Both the position numbers and the translations under genes were made by a program. A stretch of DNA of 64,000 nucleotides from Camelus dromedarius. Taxonomy: Eukaryota. The notes below the pieces were generated by a model. That model saw only the letters and a list, made by a program, of their open reading frames with translations. It did no database searches and had not been told where the DNA came from. The first letter of the stretch is position 1. Each line of letters starts with the position of its first letter. The DNA lies in the NCBI RefSeq assembly GCF_036321535.1, contig NC_087436.1:106828001-106892000 (forward strand). Reading direction: 5' to 3'. Positions 12,614 through 24,989 of the stretch are shown in pieces.

Positions 12614-12899
12614 GCTCCGCCTCTGATATTCTCTGTTTAATCTGGGAGGAAGTTAAATAATGTAAAGATGAAAACTGAAGTAAGTACATGCTCATATGAA
12701 ATTACAAAAAGGAAGAAAAGTGCAGGAGAAAAATTAGCCTTTAGATTGCCTTGATTTCTCCCGCTGCCATGGGAAAATGCTGCCCACACTGCAAGTTTCC
12801 TCATAGGTGTGTAGTATCTTTTTTCAGGCTTTACTTTTTTAATATCAAAACTCAATTACAGTCATTATTTGAAAGCTAGACCATTAATACATCTTACTG

Positions 12900-13580
12900 G
12901 ACTGTCATCAAAACATATCCAGAATCCAACCTCTTCTTACCACATGCAATGCTTCTACCTTGGTCAATGCCTCCATCCTTTCTGACCTGAATAATGAGAT
13001 TCTTATTGGTCTCCATGTTTCTCCCCAAGTCTTGAGCCTTTAAAATATCTTTGATCATATCACTTGTTCTTCAAAACACACAGTGGGTTCCCATCTCACT
13101 CACAATCATAGTCTTCCTAATGATCTACTGGACCTGTATGGTAGGTTCTTCCCTCTCACCATTACCTCTCTAAACTTACCCCCTAACACTGTCCCCCTTT
13201 CCTACTCTTTGTTTTCTGCAAGAAAAACAGGCATGGTCCTGCCACAAGACCTTTGCACATTCTGTTCCCTCTGGCTAGCATGCTTGCCTAATATTTACCC
13301 ATATGACTTGGTTACCCTCTTAACTACTTCACATAATTAAAATTATTTGTTCTTGGGGAAACCTTCCCTGAGGAGCCTATATACAGTTGCAACCACTCTA
13401 CTCCAGACCATCTCTATCCACATTTCTCACTTTGATACTACCCATCACATACATATTCATGATACATTTCATAAGCATCAGAACAGAAGGTTTATAAAAA
13501 TCCCTATATCCTCAGTGCTTAGGCCATTTCTTGACACATGGTAGGCTTTTCTCATGTGGAGGGGATTACTAAATTAATAA
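12900..13580 (+). mobile_element. L2 LINE 3' region
   Basis: caaaacatatccagaatccaacctcttcttaccac...cctttgcacattctgttccctctggctag...ctcagtgcttagg...gacacatggtaggc. Confidence 0.75.
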
Positions 13581-13589
13581 ATGATAGAC

Positions 13590-13947
13590 GTTATTACTGT
13601 TCAACAACTATTTCCATCTCCCTTCCAGGCATAAGGTGGAAGTTAGGCATGACCATGTGACTTGCTTTAATCCAGGAAATGTGAGCAGATGTGGCATATG
13701 TCACTTCCTGGCGGTATCTCTAAGGCACAATACGCAATTTATGCAGTTTACCACATTCACTTGGTACATATGTATGTCAAAGGAAAGCCTGTCTTGTTGT
13801 GGATTTCTGAATGACCACAAGAGAAAAACCTTTCCCGCTTGCCTATGTTGGGCATGTAATGTAAACAAGAAATACATTTTTTTAGCTACTGATATTTGGG
13901 ATTGTTTTGGTCTGGCAGCATAAGCCAAACTGAACTGAACTGATACA
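13590..13947 (+). mobile_element. MLT1 (I/J-like) MaLR solo LTR
   Basis: gaagttaggcatgaccatgtgacttgcttt...aaatgtgagcagatgtggcatatgtcacttcc...gcagcataagccaaactgaactgaactgataca. Confidence 0.7.
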
Positions 13948-14299
13948 GAATCAATTTTTAGTATTTCTTCTCTTCTCTTCTTTTAGTACTCTTCTCTATC
14001 TGCTATCCCACTAATGCTTTGATATTTTGAATGGACTAAAAAGGTATGTATATTTTGCAAAAAGCGGAAATAGGAAAGCCCTTCCCCAGTTCCCCTCAGG
14101 CCACTGGACAAAGAGAGAATCTTGTACAGAGAAGTTGGTGAGCACCACAGACTCTAAACAAATAGCACCCTTGTGCTCTTCAATCCCACCAAGAAGAATG
14201 GCAGTGATGTCAGAGACAGTGGTGCAGAAGTCTCTGATGTGTTGTGGGGCCTTGCCCCTGCATGGAGATAATGGAGGGTGTTTTTCTTCCCTGAAAATA

Positions 14300-14303
<4 letters not shown>

Positions 14304-14343
<40 letters not shown>

Positions 14344-14372
14344 AATAATATATAATATATAATTAATATTAA
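14304..14372. repeat. (TA)n microsatellite / AT-rich low complexity
   Basis: Direct read. Confidence 0.95.
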
Positions 14373-14957
14373 TGTAGATTCCAAAAAAAAACTACTATAT
14401 AGTATGATTAGAGCTTAAAAATGGCTCCTGTCATATGGCGTGCTATTTAACCAGGCTTTATAAATAATTATTACCCTTATTCTAAAGAGAAGATGTAATG
14501 TGAGTAACCAGGCTTACACAACTACTAAATATCATAAACTAGACTCATTTACAAGGGATTTTAGCAGTAATATTTTGTTCTCACATTTATTCACACCATA
14601 TATACTGAGTATATCTTTGCTAATTTTTTTTAATCCTTGTTATTTTTAAAGCACTGGCCTCATTTATAGTTTAACTATGTGGAATCTTCCCTACCTCTAT
14701 AGTAGGATAAACTTCAATAACAGATCAGGTAGAATAGATTGCCTTGTGCAACATGTCAGTATCTGGAAACCTCCATTGCTGAGAAGCTCTGTACAGTGCT
14801 GGGGTCTTGCGGTCCTACAACTCCCAACAGAGGGTCTAGTAAACATAGGGTGATCACTCAATAACCCTTGTGTAATGATGACCCTGAGGCTTTCTATAAT
14901 CCTGAGGTGCCCCCCAATAGTGTAATAAGCACGGGATCATTTTGGTGAAAAGTTGAT

Positions 14958-15342
14958 ATTAAGAGCTTAATTGTGTCCCCTTCAAATTTATATGTTGAAG
15001 TACTAACACCCAGGACCTCAGAATGGGACCATATTTGAATATTGGGTCTTCAAAGAGGCAACTAAGTCAAAAACAGTTCATTAGAGTGGTCCTAATCCAA
15101 TATGATCAACGTTCTTATAAGAAGAGGGGATCAGGACACAGATGTACCCAGAAAGAGGAGTAAGTGAAGACACAGGGAGAAGGTGACCAACTACAAACTA
15201 AGGCGAACAGCCTCAGAAGGAACCAACCTTCCCACACTTGCTCTCAGATGTCTGGTCTCCAGAACTGTGAGAAAACAAACTTACATTGTTTAAGCCGCCA
15301 GCCTGTGGTGCTTTGTCATGACAGCCCCAGCAAACTAGCACA
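14958..15342 (+). mobile_element. MLT1A/B-like MaLR solo LTR
   Basis: aattgtgtccccttcaaatttatatgttgaagtactaacaccc...tctccagaactgtgagaaaacaaacttacattgtttaagcc...cagcaaactagcaca. Confidence 0.85.
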
Positions 15343-16019
15343 GTTGAATTCGAAGACATGCATTCTAACTCATAATAAAATTGCTTATTTATGTGCCAAA
15401 ATACCTCGAGCTACACAGGGTCTGAAGAGGCTGGGATATAATCAAATGGTATCAAAGGGTACCAGAAATATTCATTTGGCTCTAAGCACAATCTTGTTAC
15501 TAACATGTAATGACACATCCCTTTTTTCATTTACATGTGTAATTTCTATGAATCTTGGTCTATAATTTTAGATGTGAAAGAAATGTAACTTCATCCTTAA
15601 AGTGAAATTAATCTCTCCATACCACTTTGTTGTGGTGGAATAAGTTGAATTTCAGCCCAGCTGGGGCCCCTGTATCCTTTGCCTAGAATTGTGTCAAGTT
15701 CTCAGGGATTTAAGAGGTATTTGCTTATACAGTATCACATATCAGGGGAGGTCATTTCTCAATGTGTTTATTTTCAACTGTCATGAATACTGCTGCTATG
15801 CTGTACCTCTCTCTTGACCTTCTGGCCTTCTGGGTCTGAATATCTATTTTTAGATAATATTTAGCTAATTTTGGATCATCTGGCATTCAGGAATCCCTCC
15901 AATATGACTGGAGTGTGCTGTTTCTTGGGAACCATGAGCCCCTTCACTTCTTCTGCTACTCTTGGGCCACTTGCTTCCTTTAATCACTGGTTTTGTCCAT
16001 TGCAACCATATGGGATTAC

Positions 16020-16452
16020 TGGTTGCAACTGACAGTTCGTACACAGTATCTATTCTCTCCTTAGTGCAAGAACTTGGATTTTGGTTGTGTTTAATAAAAG
16101 ATTAGACTCGTTTGTGTCCTTGCAATCAAATGTGGCAGTGTGAATAAATTGTGGCCAATTGAGAGAGAAGTGAACATTGCTGGATGGGACTTTGAAAGGA
16201 GGTGTGTTCTTTTGCTCTTCTTTTGTACCTCCTTCCTGCCTTTAAATATAAATGTAATGGCTCATGCAGTCATTTCAGAGCATAAGAAATATGATAAAGA
16301 TGATGATAAAGAAACTTGTTGCCTGATGATTATCCAGTTACTATAACTGAACTTGAGAAGAACAAAAATAAAAACAAAAACCCTCTATTTGTTTGAAGCT
16401 CTCTTATTTTGGATTTTTGTTATGTATAGATGAACCGAATCCTAATTGATCC
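16020..16452 (+). mobile_element. MLT1 (J/K-like) MaLR LTR
   Basis: ccttgcaatcaaatgtggcagtgtgaataaattgtggccaattgag...ccttcctgcc...gttatgtatagatgaaccgaatcctaattgat. Confidence 0.6.
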
Positions 16453-16737
16453 CTGTTATCTCATGAATAAACTCTTACACTAACCGCAAGGTGATTTCTA
16501 CTCTGGGATCCTGCCCTATCTTGAGTCTACTTGGAAATGGAACACAAATCCACTCCTTTTTCTAGATTCCTTCAGAATACATCTTGATTTTCTTATCTGT
16601 TCTCCCCAAGACTCAACCCCTCAAAGATTGAGTAGTTATTGAGCCTCTTCTCAAGGACCAACTGCCATCTAATTCCTCATTCCTTCCCTTCCAATTGACC
16701 CTCTTGGTCTACAACCAATGTTATCACTTTCTATTCC

Positions 16738-16990
16738 ACAGGGCACAGAGCTTAAGAGCACAGGGTCTAGAGCCAGATTGCCTGGAGCTGAATGTTTGAT
16801 ATCACTTACTGTATGTTTGAACTTAGAAACTTTTCTTAGTCTCTCTGTGCCTTAGTTTCCTCATTTGTAAAATAAGGAGTAAACAATTTGTATGAAAAGT
16901 GTAAGACAACATTTGTAAAACACTTAGAAAAGTGTTTTCAATATAGCATATATCCAACGTATTTTAGCCATCATCATCATCATCATCATG
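16738..16990 (+). mobile_element. MIR SINE ending in (CAT)n
   Basis: ttaagagcacagggtctagagccagattgcctgg...ctctctgtgccttagtttcctcatttgtaaaata. Confidence 0.8.
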
Positions 16991-17351
16991 TTCAGGGATT
17001 AAGCTCTTATTTATTTGTCATCATATAGATTACCAAATTTATTGTCCTTATTAAAGACTTTCCCACTCTTTAAAGGATCTAAACTTGAAATAGACCAGTA
17101 AACAACTCCTATTCCCTGTTGAACATTCTACCTTGAAATCCGAGAGCATAGAAGGTCCTAGCTGACTGATTGTAAGAAAAAGGCCATTGTGTATGAGCAA
17201 ACATAGGGGAGAAAAACTTTGGTTAATATTTTGAAAATAGTACCCACTTCATACTAATATTTCCTTTTAAGATATGTGATTTAGCAAATCTATCGATAAA
17301 GTCATGGCATGAACCAACAATGTGGTACTGTGAGAAGAGCTTAGGATTTGG

Positions 17352-17451
17352 TAAGGTGACCAATGGTCCTAGATCACTCAGGACTGACAGGATGAGGACA
17401 CTCAGTGCTAAAATGGAAAGCCCTGGGGAAACCAGAACTAACGGGTCACCT
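17352..17451. mobile_element. MER81/MER94-like hAT-Blackjack MITE
   Basis: Inverted termini aaggtgacc...ggtcacctt, flanked by ggattt on both sides. Confidence 0.65.
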
Positions 17452-18854
17452 TGGATTTACGTCAAATGGATCTGGGATGAAAACCTGGTATCTCCATTTC
17501 CTGATGGAGGAAGCCGGTACAGTTCTCTTCATGCCATTCTACACCCAAGCTGACACACTTCACCTTTTTGATCCTCAGTTTATTCACCCGGAAAACGGGA
17601 ATAATATTATAAAGTATCTTGTGCAAAGTACTGGTATGGAGGAATGAAAATTATTAACAATAAATATTATTTCTCTCCCCTCTGTGGGATACTTGAAGAC
17701 TACATTTCTTTGGTAATAAACTCAGGGAATTCAGGGCAGAACTCACCACCCAGGCGTCTTCAGTCATGTATGAACTGAATGAAACTTTTAACAAAAACAA
17801 ATGGCATACTGCACCTTCCACAGTGATATGCAGAAACCTTCCATAAAAGACCCTATTTTAAAACCAATGAAAAGAAACTCCATCACTCTAGTTGAATGAA
17901 CATAGTCATCAGCAACTGAAAATGGAAATTAGTTAGCAGAGGGTCCCTGGAAACCTGTGGAGAAATGACTTAATAATCACGGTGACTGAGACAGAGGTTT
18001 CCTTTTTTACCACAGCAAATAAAAAGAAATGTGAAAAATATACTTCCTCTGGCTTTTAGAAATAGCTTATTTAAAACTAACTTATTTATAATAGATACTT
18101 ACAATTGAAAAGTGACTAGGGAAAAAAATAATCTGAACTCAGTAGAAGATGACATTGAATGGCATCAAATAGATGCCAGTACATCTATTTTAATCAGCAT
18201 AAACACTCAATTATCCATTGTGGTCATGAGGCGAAGTTTCCCTCTTAATCAACTGTTCTGCCTATTAAGAAAATACTTTTAAAAAAATCTGTGGCCAATT
18301 CTTCTAAGAAAGAGGGTTTGCTGCATCACTTATTTTCGTTTTTCCCTCGATCTCCTATGGAAGCCCACACCCCCTGTCCCCACCCTGATTTCCTGACTGT
18401 CTAATGCACACACAGGCAGAGATAAACACTTTCTCCGCAAATTGACTATGTAACTAACACAGAATGTATTTGAATTGAGACATGCCAAGTCAGCTTAGAA
18501 AAATACAGAGGGTCTCTGGTCCATAAGACCAAACTGTAATTTTTTGATTATATTAAAAAAAAACAAAACTAAGAAATGAATGACTTTGCCAAAGGAAGAA
18601 TGAGTCATCCATGGAAGCAAAGAAAAACGAGTTAGAGAGTCAGTCCTTGGAAATGCCCATACGAGAACCTTCAAAGTCAGAGTGTTTGCTTTGTCCAATG
18701 TGAATGGTCCTCTCGTCAGAGCCTGATAAATTTAGCACAAGTCCTCTTTCCATGATGGAGTACAACTTCCAGGAGAAATATTTTCATCATGCTAAAGACC
18801 ATCACATTGACTTCACCTGCCACTTGCCATTTCTTTTGAAAATATTTCAGCCTG

Positions 18855-19200
18855 TGTTATTAGTCTGCTCAGACTGCCATCCAGAACACCACAGATCGAG
18901 TGCCTTAAACGACAGAAATCTGCTTTCTCACAGCTCTGGAGCCTGAAAGCTCAAGAACAAGGTGCTGACAGGGTTGGTTTCTGATGAGACCTCTCTTCCG
19001 GGCTTGCAGACACCACTTTCCCACTGTGTCCTCGCGTGGCCTTTCCCTGTGTGCAGATGCACTCCTGGCATCTCCTCTTTTTATAAGGACACTTCATTTC
19101 AGCTTAATTATCTCTTTACAGGTAATCTTCAAACACAGTCACATTGGGAGTTAAACCCTCAACATATGAATTTGGGGGGGATACAACTCAGTCCATAACA
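18855..19200 (-). mobile_element. MLT1A-like MaLR solo LTR
   Basis: tattagtctgctcagactgcc...tctcacagctctggagcctg...tatgaatttgggggggatacaactcagtccataaca; cctg(t) flanks both ends. Confidence 0.85.
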
Positions 19201-19294
19201 CCTGTAGGATCTATGTGAGTGGCCCAAAATCTACCCATTAAGGTCAGTTCATTTTTATGATACCAAAAAAACTGAGAGAAATTACCAATACTAT

Positions 19295-19476
19295 CCATAG
19301 ACCATGTTCATCAGAAACAACTGGGACATTTATTAAAAATTCATATTTCTGGACCTCACTCGATACATATCTGCTGAGTCAGAATCTCTAGGACTCAAAG
19401 AGGAGAATCATCATTTTTAAATCATTTTCCCAGGCATTTTAAATACACTTTTTAAATATGGAAAACCAGCTTTAGG
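19295..19476. mobile_element. MER5A-like hAT MITE
   Basis: catcagaaacaactgggacatttattaaaaa...ctgagtcagaatctctagga...ggaaaaccagctttag. Confidence 0.65.
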
Positions 19477-20089
19477 CAGTTCATCCTAGATTTAGTTAGA
19501 CTTGTATTTCAAGATATTAGTAAAACAACAAAAAACGAAAAACACCTTTCCTAGAGCCCAAAATAGAAATATGAGTCATATACGATGGCCTGGGAGATGT
19601 CAAAACTATATTATGAAGACTTCCAGAATGCTTCCTACAAAACAAGTTCCTTACCATGGTGTACGATATGCCTTAAAGCCCTACAACGTGGCCCTGTTAC
19701 CTCTGAGCTCCAGAGAGTTCAAAAGGGCACCTTCTTGTTCATTTCTCAAAAGGATAAGGAGTCTAAACCCATAAAGACAAAATGTGATCATTCAGCCTCT
19801 CAGTTCACACAGATATAGAAGAAAAGGAGTGTGCGTATTATTATTGATTTGTGACCACTGAATAGACCAGAAGAGAATATTCACTCTTTTTTGGCTAGTG
19901 GGAGAGGATCATACGTGTCCTAGTGAATTTAAGTGGCTATGCCACAACCCAACCTAGCCTTGGGCAATTGTACTCCTAACATTTGCAGAGTATAAATAGA
20001 GCGCTACATATCCCACGTAAAAAAAGTTCAAAAGTTATTCATTAAAATCACAAGCCATTAAATAAAGCGTACTTTAAAACAACTGGGAC

Positions 20090-20252
20090 TCTGAAGAAGA
20101 GTGGGGATGCTGATTTGTAACACTTGTAGATTTCTATGTTGTAAACTGTTTCCCTATGGCTAGTTTCAAGCAACCAGTGAACGTGGGATTGGGAAGTGAT
20201 GTGAATAATCAGCACTCTCAAGACTTTATGCGCTAGCTCTAGTGCACCACTG
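20090..20252 (-). mobile_element. MER63-like hAT-Blackjack fragment
   Basis: ctgatttgtaacacttg...atggctagtttcaagcaacca...gggaagtgatgtgaataatcagcactctc...tagtgcaccactg. Confidence 0.55.
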
Positions 20253-21359
20253 AAACTGTCTTCCTTCTTTAATGGACACACCTGCATAATAACCTCTAAG
20301 TTCAGGTTCAAATGTATAGGTCATGGATGCCTTTGAATTCTGTACCAGAATTCATCACTGGCCTCTGGTAACACCTTTCTGTTTCAGATACAATCTGCCC
20401 TTTCTTTTCCTAACCTAGCTCCATCGTATACAGGTAGTGATGCTTACATACTGACAACTCAGATATATCTCTAAGCTTTATCTACATTGACCTTATCCAG
20501 CTCCCTCTCTTTCAAATGGCTGCCTCTTGGACACCTCTTAGGAACCACACATGTGTACCCTGAAACAAGGATTTGGTACATCTTGGGAAGGAAATTTCAG
20601 GATTAGAGGTCCCTATGATTTTTTTGAGGATGGATGCTGATACATGGACACCCATGTAGTCATATTCTTTAGGTCCTGTGGATACCTCACTACACAAATG
20701 GAGTGTGACCAAAGGAAAACCAGAGAAGAAGTCTCCTAAAAGTTGGGGTCCAGGGCAGTGTCCTCTTGTCTGAGTATGAGCCTGAGACTAAGGCCTTGAG
20801 AGAAATAAGCTTCAGGTACCATTCTATAAATCTCCTGGTACCAAAGGCTTCTGCAATATTGATTGATAAACCTGAATATCTGACTACTCAGTTACAAGAC
20901 TTTGTGACTCACTCTCCAGTTATGAGAGCAGCAGCAACGAGGTAGCTTGGAGCACCCTGACGTGGGGCGGCAGGACCTATGAGAAGAAACTGAGATCCTT
21001 ATATGTTTCAGAGAAACCCCGCCTAGCCTTGGGAATTACTTCTAACACTCTCTTTAGCTTCATCCCACCAATCTTTTAATCTTCACTTTGCTTCGGCTGT
21101 TCTGTGTGCAAGTAATCTCTGAAGGTGCCAGGTTATTCCTCAGTCCTCTACCTTTGCTGGGTCTGCTGCTCTATATTAATGATCCCTTCCTCTCCTGTCC
21201 CTGCTCCATGCCACACCTCTGCCTGGATGATGTCCATTCAACCTTTCAGATATCAACCAGGCTCCATCCCAAAATAGCTTCCCAAATTTTTGTACCAACT
21301 TTCCTTAATCCAAGGCATACTGACCATAGTTCTAAAGATGCAGGTCCACAGAAGAAAAT

Positions 21360-22355
21360 TATTCTTCATCCATCTCCTAAGGCAAAGGAAACAAAAGCAA
21401 AAATAAATAAATGGGACCTAATCAAACTTAAAAGTGTTTGCACAGCAAAGGAAACCACCAACAAAATAAAAAGACAAACTACTGAATGGGAGAAGATATT
21501 TGCAAATTATATGACTGATAAGGGGTTAATGTCCAATATACATAAACAGCTAATAAAATTCAACATCAAACAAACAAACAGCCTGATTTTAAAATGAGCA
21601 GAAGAACTAAATAGACATTTTTCCAAAGAGGAAATGCAGATGGCCAATAGGCACATGAAAAGATGTTCAACATCACTAATCATTAGGGAAATGCAAATTT
21701 CTAAACCACAATGAGATACCACTACACACCTGTCAGAATGACTATCATCAAAATGAACACAAATAACAAATGTTGGCGAGGATGTGGAGAAAAGGGAACA
21801 CTCGAACACTGTTGGTGGGAATGTAAATTAGTGCAGCCACTGTGGAAAACAGTACGGAGATTTCTCAAAAAACTAAATATAGAACTACCATATGACCCAG
21901 CAATTCCATTCCTGGGTACGTATCCGAAAAACAGAAAAACACTAATTCGAAAAGATACATGCACTCCAATGTTCAGAGCAACATTATTTACAATTGCCAG
22001 GATATGGAAGCAAATTTTGCTATTTGCAGTGACATGGATGGACTTGGAGAGCATTATGCTAAGTGAAATAAGTTAGACAGAGAATAACAAACACTGTATG
22101 ATACCACTTCTATGTGGAATCTAAAAAATACAACAAACTATTGAATAAAACAAAAAAGAAGCAGACTCACAGATACAGAGAATGAACTAGTGGTTACCTG
22201 TGGGAGGTGGGAAGAGGGGAAGGCAACATAGAGGTAAGGGGAGAGGGCTATTACGGGATTATATGAAATCAAGTATGTGAAACTTCTGAAAATTTTAATG
22301 TGCTATTGTATAAAATTTAAAGAATCTTCCATTCAATTAAAAATAAAATAAAATA
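21360..22355 (+). mobile_element. 5'-truncated LINE-1 (ORF2 C-terminus plus 3' UTR and A-rich tail)
   Basis: Translations [26 protein letters not shown] and [10 protein letters not shown]...[27 protein letters not shown] (L1 ORF2 Cys-rich domain). Stops and frameshifts present; tail aaaataaaataaaa. Confidence 0.95.
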
Positions 22356-23744
22356 TTCCTATATTTTCTTTTTAAAAAATCAACATTGTCAACATTAAAA
22401 ATCACACCATCACTATGGTTGTTTTTACATCTTTATGTTTCTGTCTTTCCATTAGGCAGGCTCTAGGTCCCTTGAAAAATCATTTTTGTCTTACTCATTT
22501 CATATCATAGGCATTTAGCAATATCTGGTGTATTATAGGACTCAATAACTACCGAATCGATAAATAAAAGTTTGAATACAATTAATAAAGACGGAAAGAA
22601 AGAAGGAAGCAGTAAAGAAGGAGTAAAAAGATGAAGGGAAGATAGGAAAATATGTAATAATGAATCAATGAAAGGCATCTAAGAAAATGATTTGCAATCA
22701 CATAGTAAATAATTACAAGAACTTTTGTAAAGTATCAGGAATATTTTTATTTTGTAATTAAAATAGCTAAAAGGTGTACTCTTCTGTCTATTTCTGTGTG
22801 ATCTGACCTTTTAGTGTGATTTGACAATGTTGGAGAAACAATTAGTTATGGTTTAAGCTGCTGGACCAAAGTGCAAGTGTCCACAGATTATAATTTTTGG
22901 TGCCCCTGTTTTGTGAAAAAACTCCATTGATGACAATACAAGATGTTATACCAAAGAGATGAAAGTGTAGAGCTCATTTCCTACCATTAAATATCACTAA
23001 AGAGTCTTGTCAGAGGGTGTTTGGTTGGTACTCTGTATTTAAAGTCTGCTTGTGAGGGCGTTGTTGTAAATTGATGAATTATTAACTACTTAGCAGACAC
23101 ATGGCAGTTAGGAAAACCTAACTTGACAAAGAACTCGCACCTAAATATTCAAAAGTTTGCACAAATAGTTTAAACAAAGACATGGCTAGTGAAGGTAAAA
23201 ATGTAGGTACTGAATATCCATTTCCCCCCAATGGAAATACACTATAAATATATTGTTGCTATTTTTAGATGATAAATGTAATATGTACTCATTAAAAAGG
23301 GGCCAATAGAAATGGTTTTGTGTATTTCTTTCCATGTTTTTCTATGCACATATTGCATGTGTATGTAAATATATATTTTTTTCTTTTAACAGAATATATA
23401 CTGCTATTTAATTTACTTTTTCATCTAACAATATGCCACAGACATACTTTTATGTTAATAAGTACAAATTCGCACCATCAGTAATAATACCTGTAAAATA
23501 TTTTGCCCACTATTTGTCGAAGTTGTTTCATATTGATGGATATTTGAGAATTCCTCATTGGGTTTCCCAGTTCTTTTTTTTTTTTTACCTTGAGAATGAT
23601 GAATGTTTTTGTTCATACACACTTCTCTCTGTACTAGTTCAATTTAGATAGGTCTGCAAAAGTTGAATTCTTATTTATCACATATAAAATTTGACTTAAC
23701 ATTTAAGATATTTTCAATTTTTCTAGGTAATATGAAGCCATCAA

Positions 23745-24505
23745 TAATTCCTGTATTCTACCTCTAGAATATATCTGGGATATATTCTAGATATGATCCT
23801 CATCACCAACTTCCCCATTTCACCCTAGTCCAATTTGGATTGTTATCATCTATCATCTCTCTTTTGGACCCTTGCAGTTGGTGCCTTCTACATCTGCCTC
23901 CATGCTGTGTGTCCTTGACATAGAAGCCAGAGTGATTCTTTACAATTATGAATCAGATTATGTAATTTCTCTGTGTAAAATTCTCCAGTGGCTTCTCTTC
24001 CTTGGATTATAATCCTGTCCCCTTGCTCAGATGAACAAAGCCCTGAATGATCCCTGTTTAAGTCTCTGTCTAAATCCTTAACTCTCTCACACCATTTTCC
24101 CTTCTCTTACTTGATTTTTTTTCTTTTCTACAAGAATCCAAGTCTAGCCCTCCTTTTGGTCTTTATACCTGCCTTCCCTCAGCCTTAAATGCTCTTATCC
24201 TTCCTCTGAAGATGGCTCAATCCACTGGACAATTCAGATCTTAATGTCAACTTCTTAGAGGAGTCTCCTTTGACCATTCATAAAAAAACAGCCATCTGAT
24301 CGTTTTCTAACAAGCCACATGTTCTGTGTTTGAACCAAGCACTTATCACTGTGTGAAGCTCTTCTCGTTTATTTACGTATTTAATTGTTTGATTTCTGGC
24401 TCTCCCCTACTAGAACATCACTTCCATGAGAACAGGAAACTTGCCTACTTATTCCTTGCAGTACCCAGCAGATAGTAGGAGCTCACTTTTTTTTTAATTG
24501 AATTC
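23745..24505 (+). mobile_element. L2 LINE 3' region
   Basis: gaagccagagtgattcttt...aatcagattatgtaatttctctg...ctctcccctactagaacatcacttccatgagaacagg...gatagtaggagctca. Confidence 0.75.
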
Positions 24506-24989
24506 ACGTTGCTTCTGCAGTGTTTCCTCTTAGATGTCATTGGAAGCACACTGAGGTAAAGGCGTATAGGCTGAAATGTAAGTGGTCATTAAAAACAAAT
24601 CAGAGCTATATAGAAAAAAAATTGCCTCCATGAAAACATTTATCCAGGAAGGAAAAGTACAAGGTAGCTAGAAACATATTAATTATACATTGTGACTATG
24701 GGACCGTCGTTATAATTGAATCCAGCTTTTTAAAAACCCTTATTTAAATTACAAGGCATTAAGGGACATAAATAAGAACCTGTGGTCCAAACTGACGCAA
24801 CATCGTAAACTGACTACACTTCAATTTTTAAAAAAATGAAAAAAAAAAAAAGTATCTGTGGTCTAATCTTTGACACACCAGTGACGTCATAGTTCCTTGC
24901 AGGTTTTGTGCAACTTTGAATTTAAGCTAAGATATGTCAGTGCTATTCTATCAGGTTCAAGTGAATTAGGCTATTTTGTATGCTCCAGT

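Noticed and set aside
21088..22076. Longest ORFs in the track (169, 121, 110 and 100 aa)
   Set aside because: Sense and antisense frames of a truncated L1 ORF2 remnant, not host genes.
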